Of a stretch of 32,000 bases of DNA, positions 1 to 9,217 are shown piece after piece. Origin of the DNA: Paramicrosporidium saccamoebae KSL3 (taxonomy: Eukaryota > Fungi > Cryptomycota). The translations under genes were made by a program, and so were the position numbers. Every line of letters begins with the position of its first letter. Position 1 is the stretch's first letter. Location: the NCBI GenBank assembly GCA_002794465.1, contig MTSL01000208.1, positions 80,193-112,192 on the forward strand, written 5' to 3'. The notes beneath the pieces are model-generated. The model searched no databases, was not told the origin of the DNA, and saw nothing but the letters and a program-made list of their open reading frames with translations.

Positions 1-541
1 AGATCAATTTGGTCAGTGGTTTGTAAAGGCATTACCAAGGCTAGATCTGATTCCAAATCAATGGCAAGTAAGGTCCCCCAAATCTTGACTCCGTCATAGA
101 ATGTAAGTGAAATCTACAATATCAACGAGAGAGTAACCATTATATACATGGCCGCCTTCAAGACTGTCAACGACTACGTGGGCATTGGTCAGGATCAGTC
201 CATTTGAGCGGATGACAAATCCCGTTCCATTTGTACAAAGAACACTGTCCGCTCCCTTTACCCGTCTCCCACCTAAACTATTAAGAAATTTTGGCAGTGC
301 TACTCATTTCAACACGGATCTGGACAGTGGAAGGGAGTACTTTGGGCACTGCGTCAGCAAACCCTTTGGGACTGACGGGCCAGCACAACCACCCCCATGC
401 TCCACCCATCATCAACATCCCCGGTGCGACCGCACTTCTTAGCGGATATGGCCGTGCTAACAACCCATAAATCCTGACGTTTAGTTGTTCGATTAAGGGG
501 AGCCGGAGGAACCGCAGGATGGGACGAACGAACCGAAGCAT
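1..541 (-). CDS. HtrA/DegP-family (HTRA2-like) serine protease, 5' part; runs off the window start
   Basis: Exons 541-304, 272-148, 113-<1; introns 303-273 (31 nt) and 147-114 (34 nt). Spliced protein: Arg/Leu-rich presequence-like MLRFVRPILRFLRL, hydrophobic segment, FADAVPKVLPSTVQI, then NGTGFVIRSNGLILTNAHVV (catalytic His motif) and ISLTFYDGVKIWGTLLAIDLESDLALV (catalytic Asp motif). Confidence 0.88.
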
Positions 542-605
542 CTCCCCTCAATTCTCATTGGATGCCCGCGGATGCTTGTTTAAACAGACATTGTCGTCGC
601 CAGAA

Positions 606-966
606 TTAGAGTGTGGTTTTATTTAGGAGGACAGTAGTAGGACGTGCGTTGAATAGATACTTTCTGCTTATTAATTGCGTGATTTGCATGTGTGACCTGC
701 CGTCGTCATCTTGGCACTGCTCAAGGACGGCCAGAGGTTTCTTTAATTTCACAAGTTCGCCGGTTAGTTTCTGGTTCCCAATCAAGAAAACGGGCTCGTC
801 TTGCTGCCGACAATGAATATTATAGACAGAAATGTACGTTAGTAGTGACTAGCTCTCCAAATTCAAGCCCATTCAGCTGTGAGGCACTGGTCTCAATCTT
901 GCCCTGAAACTCGAGCAAAACGGCTTCGTTCTCACATATCCGCGTTATAATTTGCACAGCCGGCAT
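606..966 (-). CDS. CTF8: Ctf8 subunit of the Ctf18-RFC complex (108 aa); absent from the ORF track
   Basis: Exons 966-838 and 803-606; intron 837-804 (34 nt). VLLEFQGKI...LEFGEL...FLIGNQKLTGELVKLKKPLAVL...RKYLFNARP matches the Ctf8 pattern. Confidence 0.85.
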
Positions 967-1275
967 ATAAGTGTCCTGGTGTATAACTTGCCTACACCAA
1001 CCGAATTCGACCTACTTGTCGCTGATTGGTTCACTGCCAGATCGAATAAGGCGCATTAATCATGCGTCCACATTGCCATCTGGTGGATAAGCTTTTGTGT
1101 CGTATAACTTGCTTCTCGATCACAAAAGCCTTGTGAGAGTGTTACAAATCACATCTCTTGAACCAAGCGGGCACCCCTTGTCATTACCGGGATCACCTCT
1201 AGCAGGACGCATCTGCGACTAACCTTTGCAAATCATTCCACTGATTATCACCAAACCACGCCATACTAACAACAG

Positions 1276-2378
1276 ATGGGCACGGCCTCAAGCAATCCTA
1301 CCTGCACCCACTGCGGCTCCACCAAATCGCCCCTTTGGCGTCGTGGTGTCCATTCCGAGATTCTCTGCAACGCCTGCGGTCTCTATTGGAAGCACCACGG
1401 AACCTATCGTCCGCTGTCGCTGAAGATGGCTGCTGATAGAAAAGACACGCCCCGAGCCATATCGCCGCTTGGAGATGCCACCTTGCCGGCAAAGAGGGAC
1501 AGCAACTTGCGCAGACTAAAGTCGACCCTCGCATCGACAAACTCAAGCATGGATAGTACAGCACGGAGAAAGGTAAGCGTCTAGTCCGAAAATGTTTAGT
1601 TTAGATGGTGCCTATTCGGTGCAAGAGCTCGGCGGGAAAGATAGCACTCCCCTCATCCTTTTTCCTGCAGACCCAAAATGGGCGATGGCGAGGTGAGCCG
1701 GTCTTTGCGCCGGAGCTACCGCCTTCAACAGGCACAGCAAATGTGCGCCTGGTCCCAGCGGATATTAGGGAATCGGGGGCACTTGATGCGCCAGCTGTGC
1801 ACTCTGAAATTGACGCTCCTTTGGCTACAAAGGCAGACATGATCCCAGCGAAATATATCATGTTCAGAGGCCGTCTATTATTTATCGGGGATCACGTTGC
1901 CGTTCGCGGTGACGATGCGCAGATATACTTTGCCATCGTTCATGACTTTTGGATTGTGCCTACTGGACAAAAGTATGTCAAACTGCAGTGGCTACTCCCA
2001 AAGAGCCGATACGCCCTGGAGATTGATGGACCCAAGGAAAAGCTCGATCCCAACTACTTTACCCTTGGTCCAATGCACGATAGAGCGGAACTGATTGAAT
2101 CGATCGTTGATGTCTTCTTCTCGCCCCAACAGATCCGCCAACCACTGGAGGACCCCTCTCCGCCACCTCAGGTTCCTTCATTTGGACAATACACATCCTC
2201 TCGGCGCTCCTCTCTCGAGTCTCCCCTGGAGCCGCTGCTGGTAGAGCGACGAATAGCATCAGATTCGGAACTGGATTATGGCAAGGCCGGATTAGAGATG
2301 GAAAGAGGAAAAAAGTCGGCACCCGTGAATATCTTAGATGACGTGGAGATGGCCCATCTATTGTGTAGTATGTCTTGA
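1276..2378 (+). CDS. GATAD1: GATA zinc finger plus BAH-like domain protein, GATAD1-like
   Basis: Exons 1276-1572 and 1605-2378; intron 1573-1604 (GTAAGC..TTAG, 32 nt). C-x2-C-x17-C-x2-C finger (CTHCGSTKSPLWRRG..LCNAC). C-terminal IGDHVAV..YFAIV..LQWLLP..DPNYFTLGP resembles the GATAD1 C-terminal domain. Confidence 0.75.
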
Positions 2379-2478
2379 AAGTAGTAAACATATATGGTTA
2401 TTTATGTACCTAAATTGGAGTAGTCAATTTTTTCACGGCACAAAAAGTCATAGGGATAAACGGACCCCCGCTTGAGAC

Positions 2479-2551
2479 GCCCGGATAGCTCAGTCGGTAG
2501 AGCGTGAGGCTTTTAACCTTAAGGCCGTGGGTTCGAGCCCCACTTCGGGCG
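2479..2551 (+). tRNA. tRNA-Lys(UUU), intronless
   Basis: GCCCGGA/TTCGGGC acceptor stem, D arm TAGCTCAGTCGGTAGAGC, anticodon loop CTTTTAA, T loop GGTTCGAGCC; 73 nt. Confidence 0.97.
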
Positions 2552-2556
2552 GCTGC

Positions 2557-2562
2557 TTTTTT
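2557..2562 (+). terminator. Pol III terminator (T6) of tRNA-Lys
   Basis: Run of six T starting 6 nt after the tRNA 3' end. Confidence 0.8.
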
Positions 2563-2842
2563 GTTGGAATTGATAGCAAAAAAGAGAATACGCACTAGCA
2601 GTGCGCGCGAATGGCGCGAAAACTGTGGGATCGTGCGTCAAAGCTGCTTTAGTGTAAAAGTAAAGTTACATTATTTCCATGTTTGTACCAGGATCCGATC
2701 TACATGGCTTTTATCCAAATTTAAACATGACGCAGTAAATTGATTAGCTAGCTGGGTGATACGTGGTGAATCAAAAATGGAAAAAAGAGTTGGGAACAGG
2801 AAACGATTGACGCTCTACCCATGTCTTGGCATTTTTCCCACT

Positions 2843-2877
2843 GCACTACACTACATTACACGACACGACACGGCACA
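2843..2877. repeat. Degenerate pentamer microsatellite, about 7 units (ACACT/ACATT/ACACG)
   Basis: GCACT ACACT ACATT ACACG ACACG ACACG GCACA read directly. Confidence 0.7.
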
Positions 2878-2958
2878 ACTTTCCTCCCGCTCTTACTCCC
2901 ACCGTACAAAATGAGAATTCTTGTTATTTAAAACATATGACGCCATCTTCTCTTGTAA

Positions 2959-4078
<1,120 letters not shown>

Positions 4079-4115
4079 TTATAGAAATTCGTGCATTAAA
4101 ACGTCTTTATAGAAT

Positions 4116-4382
4116 TCAACTTGGTTGCACGGGACGCGGTCTGGTCTTTGCCAGCTTCATCTTTAGCAGTTTATCCTGCCGCCGGGCTTCCATCATCGGC
4201 TGTAAGAGTTCCTTGAGACGGATGAGCTGCTCTTCCCGGATTTCCTTCACTTTGGCCAGCGGATGGACACACACCTGGTCGCAGAGCCGTCGCGCGGTTG
4301 CCCGTCCCACCCCTTCGAAAACACAGAGAGCATAATAGACGCGTTTATGCAGGTTGAGACTCTGTCCAAGCAGATACACCAT
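4116..4382 (-). CDS. SWS2: Mitochondrial ribosomal protein uS13m-like, short form (88 aa)
   Basis: MVYLLG..ALCVFEGVGRATARRLCDQVCVHP..KVKEI.EEQL matches the uS13 N-terminal helix-2-turn-helix region. The usual C-terminal motif is absent. Confidence 0.78.
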   Translation of the reverse strand: MVYLLGQSLNLHKRVYYALCVFEGVGRATARRLCDQVCVHPLAKVKEIREEQLIRLKELLQPMMEARRQDKLLKMKLAKTRPRPVQPS

Positions 4383-4414
4383 CGGGGTTGCAGTTATACA
4401 AAAGTCTAATTGTA

Positions 4415-5460
4415 TTAATGCTTAACTGGTTTTCTACGGGCCAACTTTTTGGCTTGCTTGAGGCGGGCCTTGAAATCTGCCCGTAACTCTGCACGCTTCT
4501 CCCTCCATAAAGTATATGCTTCTTCACGGCCACAGCGACGACAAAATGCATACTCTTCGAGAGGCAGACTGTCAAGGCGTGAAAGATTAAATAAAAGCGA
4601 TGGAAGATCTATCAGTGTGTCCGTGGGTAGCGTGACCTCGGCCTCTCTATTCTCATCTAATTTCTTCAAATCAGCATCGGCTTCCTCCGGTAAGGATGGT
4701 TCCAACCCGAGGAGCTTGCTGAGGGAAAAGCCAACTTCCTCCTCCACAGATAAATCTGCCTGTTTCGTTTGCTCAACTGTGCTGCAAGAGGTAGAGGCAG
4801 GCCTTGTGATCTCCACGTCAGAATCTGACAGAGACTCGGCTTCAGAGTCATTAACCGTTGCGTCTTCAGCAACGGACCAGGTCAGTTTTGAAATTGGCAG
4901 TGGCTTTACAGATCCAAACAGCTTTTCAATATTTTCCTTGTAGTGAGAAGGGTCTATTGTAATCATTTTTCCATCAGGACGGCGCATTTTTAGCATTGCC
5001 ACTGCCCTACCGTACCTACTGCGCTTCCAGTCCGGTCTCTTGTCTACCAGTGCATCAGTCATGAGGGTCTTGTCGCCGCGTTCCCGAACAAGTTTCCGTT
5101 TCCTCTTGACTGGTGGTGGAGGTGCAGCGTCATTTTCTCGTAAACGTGCCATATAATCTTGACGTGCCTCATCTATCCTCAGCTTGCCACCACGCCAGTT
5201 CGACCCATTGTATGCAGTGACAAGTCGTTTCCACTGCGCTTCGCTGGTCTGCAGGTCAAAGTGTGCAAACCCACGATGAAAGTCGCCAGTTGCGTCGTTG
5301 GCGACCTGGATACGAGAGACAGTTCCAAAGGACTGGAAACGCTCCTGAAGGTCCTTACTTGTGATATTCGGTGCCAGTCCGCCGAGGAACACCCTCTTGC
5401 CTATAAAGTCAAGTATGTAAACGGACAAGTACATAAGAGCTCGGGTTGGCACTCGGTCAT
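4415..5460 (-). CDS. NOL8: Nucleolar RRM protein NOL8/Nop8-like
   Basis: KRVFLGGLA..DLQERFQSFG.V..RGFAHF..NGSNWRGGKLRIDEARQDYMARL is a NOL8-type RRM. Preferred start ATG 5460 with intron 5432-5401 (32 nt); start uncertain (in-frame ATGs also at 5470 and 5434). Confidence 0.8.
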
Positions 5461-5468
5461 AGACGCCC

Positions 5469-5939
5469 ATGTCGGGTCCCAAAATGACTAAAACACCATC
5501 CGGCGGACTCAAGTCTTCAAGTAATCTACCCCTCCCCTCGCCTCTCGTCTCGTCACGCTTGTCTACAGTAGACAGTGCAGATGCCTACACAGTGTCCTGG
5601 AGTAAGCTGCGCGCAGCCTACATTGACAAAACACCCGCAAGCATCAAGGCTCTAGATGTATATCTCCTTTATTGTTTCGCTACGGGAATACTCCAGCTTG
5701 TGTATTGTGCTGTGACGCGTGGAAAGAATTACCAGTCGTTCCTGGGTGGATTTCTTTCATGCGTTGGGAGCTTTGTACTTGCAGGTTTGCATCCAATTAT
5801 TCACTTAATCAACATAGCCAATGTGCGTCTACAGACTGACGTGGACAAGATGGATCGCATAGTCCCATCATTAGTGGTCGCCGAGTTTGTTGTTGGTCAC
5901 ATAATCCTGCATCTTCTTGTAGCAAACTTTATTAGCTAA
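5469..5939 (+). CDS. DAD1: Oligosaccharyltransferase subunit DAD1/Ost2
   Basis: YIDKTPASIKALDVYLLY..TGILQLVYC..SFLGGFLSCVGSFVLA..LRLQ-like NVRLQ..LHLLVANFI. In-frame 33-nt intron 5785-5817 restores the alignment; possible in-frame 48-nt intron 5521-5568; start 5469 or 5484. Confidence 0.9.
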   Translation: MSGPKMTKTPSGGLKSSSNLPLPSPLVSSRLSTVDSADAYTVSWSKLRAAYIDKTPASIKALDVYLLYCFATGILQLVYCAVTRGKNYQSFLGGFLSCVGSFVLAGLHPIIHLINIANVRLQTDVDKMDRIVPSLVVAEFVVGHIILHLLVANFIS

Positions 5940-6085
5940 TCGCACTTGGAATACGCAATAAATTAACTAATCCACCATGCTCCCTTTTGATTGGATGGCG
6001 CTTATTGGTCAATACTCTTTCAAGTTCCAAATTGTGTCGCAAGTGTCAAGTCGTTAGTTGGCCTCCATGTCGGTGGAGAGACAGC

Positions 6086-6908
6086 ATGGCCGATCACGAT
6101 GGAGTGGAAGCGAAGAAACCGGAGAGTAGGGTCAAAATGATCGGCGAACATGGCCGGAATCCAGACGACAAAGGAAAGGAGCTAGTACGGGTACCGCCGG
6201 GACAGGAAAAGCGAAGAACCATTCTGGGTGGCACTGAGGCACCTCGAGTGCATCTTACGTAAAATGATCATTAAGATGACTCATCTGCTTAGATTCCGTG
6301 CAAAACGGAAATATCCGCCTGATACGCGATTGCATTCTTTGCAAAGCTACGCCACCAGCATGATCATGGAAGGACGTCCAAAGGCTGCGGTCGCGACTCC
6401 GCCCGATCTGCCCATCAACGAGTGGCTTGCCATTAATTGCTTCCTCTATTTCAACAAAGCCAACTACTTTTATGGATACATTCAAGAGGTATGTACATGC
6501 GAAAGAATGTCCATCGGACCAAAGTATGAGTATTTGTGGGCAGATGGCAAGACTATCAGGGCGCCAATCAGCGTTCCGGCCAACGACTATATTGATTCGC
6601 TTATGACCTGGATTGAGGCCAATTTCGATGATACAAAGCTCTTCCCTGATTATGATGGTGGAAAGCACCAGAAAGGATATGTTGACGCTGTCAAGTCTAT
6701 TTTCAAGCGCATTTTCCGTGTCTTCGGGCACATGGAAGTTGACCATCCAAAGGATCTCGAGCTCTACGGTCTCGTTGGGGAATTTGAAGCCACATTCAAA
6801 ACGTTGGTAGAGTTTATCAAGACTTATAAATTAATGGACAAAAAGTCTCTGCAACCGATCCAGAAGACCCTTGATAGGTGGAAACAGGAAGCAAAAGCCT
6901 CCCGCTAA
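6086..6908 (+). CDS. MOB1: MOB kinase activator (MOB1-family), divergent
   Basis: Exons 6086-6258 and 6293-6908; intron 6259-6292 (34 nt). TFRAKRKYP, NEWLAIN, MSIGPKYEYLWADG, YIDSLMTWI, LFP, IFKRIFRVFGH. Confidence 0.88.
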
Positions 6909-7092
6909 ATATTGGGATTCCTTGATTGGTACAGCGACGTGACGACCAATAGCCTTAATAAACAGGATGGTTTGATTAGAGGTATAGTGGTCCGAGAAGT
7001 ACTGATTGGATAGTCGAATTCCATCCAATGAGAACACCTAAAATGCACATCCTACAAAAGAAAGCTCGCCCTACTATGGCCAGTGTCCCGTC

Positions 7093-8934
7093 ATGTCGTC
7101 TCGCAACAAAGCCGACATCAACATGAAGCCCGTGCCTTTATCTGCCGTGAAGGAAGGGACGAATAAAGAGAATCCAGAATCGGAGATGCTCCCCAACGAT
7201 CCGACCAGCAACATGGATCAACTGGCTAGAGAGACGGGCCAAAAGGTGGATGTGACAAAAGAGGAAGAAATTCCTCCACCGATCATTGGAAATGAGCGCT
7301 CAACAGCGGGAATCATAGCCGAGGCGATACTATTGCCACTGCTAATGGTAGTACCTGCGTGGATTGTGAGTGGAAGCTTCGATTACGAGGCATATTCATT
7401 TAGTGCAGTGAAAGGCCCAAGTGGATTAAACACGTTCCGGGAATTCGAACGCTGGGCATATTTCCTTGCCGTTTGCTACTTTGTCTGGACGGTGGCCCAG
7501 TTGGCATTCCGCTATGCGCCGGGAATCATCTTGCGCATCTGCCGGATGCTCGGTATAAAGCTGAGCCGACACGAACGAACAGCCGTTCTTTGCCTACGCT
7601 ATGCCGAAAAGTATCTCGGAATAGCACTTTCCCTGCTGTTCATTTTCAACTATGCCGAATTTGTCCTGTACGAGTCGTCCACCAAGGCTGCAGCACGACA
7701 GATCATCTCCCGGTTGACGTGGAAAGAACGGATAAAAGCTTACGAACTAATGCTTGGCGATCGTATCGAGTCTGCAATTGCGGCTCTTTTTGTATTGGCC
7801 GTTGTGGTGGCTGCTGAGAAATACCTGGTGGCTGCCATCCACGCCTCTTTCCACCGTGTGGCACTCGCTCCGAGAATTGCCAAATGTAACGAAAAGTTTG
7901 CCATTCTCGGCGTTTTGAGTCGCGCACGTCAGTCTAATAGGGCGACTTTGTCTACGGCATCTCTGGCAGGAGCAGATGCAGACGAATTGGCAGACGATAA
8001 GGGCATCGACTTTAGTTCTAGCGCACGGGCACGAGCATCTGCAAAGACCATATTCAAAGCACTTTGTCCCGCAGACCGCGACTATCTAACACCTGCAGAC
8101 TTTAGGCCGTACTTTCCTCTCACGGAATACGAAAACGCCTTCCAAATCTTTGATTTGAACAGGAGAAATCAACTCGATCGTCATGCCTTTAAGGATGCCG
8201 TTGTTGGTATCTATGACGAGCGCTTCCGTACTGCCAAAGCCCTGATCGCCAATAATCGTATTGTCAAAAAGCTCGACTGGACCTTGCTGACAATCTCCCT
8301 GTTCTTTGGGATTCTGATTGCCTTTGTAGTCTTTAACCACAATGGATACTCTTGGGTCTCTTCCCTTGGCAGTTTTATTCTCGGCTTCAGTTTCTTGTTC
8401 CAGACAACAATGTCACGGGTATTTGACACATTCCTTTTTGTATTTGTCGAGCATGCCTACGACGTAAGTGACAATGTGCTCGTCGATAATGAGCATCTGT
8501 TAGTTTCGGAAATTGAAATCTTTACAACCATCTTTACGAGGAATGATGGACTGCTGGTTTACTCCCCAAACTCTTCTCTTAAGGGTAAGAGCATTTATAA
8601 CCGACAGCGAACACGCTCCGAAATGGACGAAATCATCTTCCTGGTCGACGCACGCACTGATATTGCCAAGCTTGCCAAGTTACGCACGCAGCTAACCGAC
8701 CATCTCACCGAGACTGTCAATGAGTTTACAGGAACTGTTAGTGTTAGCATTTTAAGGTTTGATGGCGAGGGGTCTACGCGGCAGGCATGCGTTAAGATTG
8801 AGCCCAAATATCGACCCAAAGATGATGATCTTCGCTCCGACCTTACCCTGCATAACCGTCGCGCCGATCTGATGGACCGCTTCAATAGTACCTGTGCAGA
8901 TCTCTCCATTCGCACAAATGTTGTCAGCGCCTAA
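7093..8934 (+). CDS. MscS-like mechanosensitive channel with an EF-hand (fungal Msy1/Msy2-type architecture)
   Basis: 613-aa ORF with several TM segments, EF-hand-like AFQIFDLNRRNQLDRHAF, and MscS beta domain HAYDVSDNVLVD..TTIFTRNDG..YSPNSSL..IYN. Confidence 0.88.
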   Translation: MSSRNKADINMKPVPLSAVKEGTNKENPESEMLPNDPTSNMDQLARETGQKVDVTKEEEIPPPIIGNERSTAGIIAEAILLPLLMVVPAWIVSGSFDYEAYSFSAVKGPSGLNTFREFERWAYFLAVCYFVWTVAQLAFRYAPGIILRICRMLGIKLSRHERTAVLCLRYAEKYLGIALSLLFIFNYAEFVLYESSTKAAARQIISRLTWKERIKAYELMLGDRIESAIAALFVLAVVVAAEKYLVAAIHASFHRVALAPRIAKCNEKFAILGVLSRARQSNRATLSTASLAGADADELADDKGIDFSSSARARASAKTIFKALCPADRDYLTPADFRPYFPLTEYENAFQIFDLNRRNQLDRHAFKDAVVGIYDERFRTAKALIANNRIVKKLDWTLLTISLFFGILIAFVVFNHNGYSWVSSLGSFILGFSFLFQTTMSRVFDTFLFVFVEHAYDVSDNVLVDNEHLLVSEIEIFTTIFTRNDGLLVYSPNSSLKGKSIYNRQRTRSEMDEIIFLVDARTDIAKLAKLRTQLTDHLTETVNEFTGTVSVSILRFDGEGSTRQACVKIEPKYRPKDDDLRSDLTLHNRRADLMDRFNSTCADLSIRTNVVSA

Positions 8935-8960
8935 GCCACGAATATAATAAAGCTATAAAA

Positions 8961-9062
8961 TTTGTAATAAAGACCGAGGGGTTTCACAAAAAGTGAGATT
9001 CGTATAGACCGAGAGTTTTAAGCTGTTTTAATGTAAAGTTTGTAATAGAGGCCGAGAGGTTT
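8961..9062. repeat. Degenerate tandem repeat of about 39-nt period, about 3 copies, downstream of the MscS stop
   Basis: TTTGTAATAAAGACCGAGGGGTTT (8961-8984) vs TTTGTAATAGAGGCCGAGAGGTTT (9039-9062), 21/24 identical; partial copy TATAGACCGAGAGTTTT at 9003-9019. Confidence 0.7.
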
Positions 9063-9217
9063 GTAGTAAAGCTCTTTATCTCTAGTCCATATAGATACCA
9101 TGCTCTTTTACACCTTTACATCATCTCTGACATCATTTACACTCCCCCCCCTCACACATACTTCTCACGCTAGTAACTAATTTTTATAAAAAACTAATTA
9201 GTCAGACAGGCGGGAAG

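Noticed and set aside
2-207. Apparent plus-strand spliced ORF end (GTAAGG..TAG at 68-99)
   Set aside because: The minus strand encodes unmistakable HtrA catalytic motifs over the same bases; the plus reading has no recognisable homology.
340-365. AVPK as an IAP-binding motif like HTRA2 AVPS
   Set aside because: It aligns with the conserved first helix of the protease domain (IADVVEK-like), not with a processed N-terminus.
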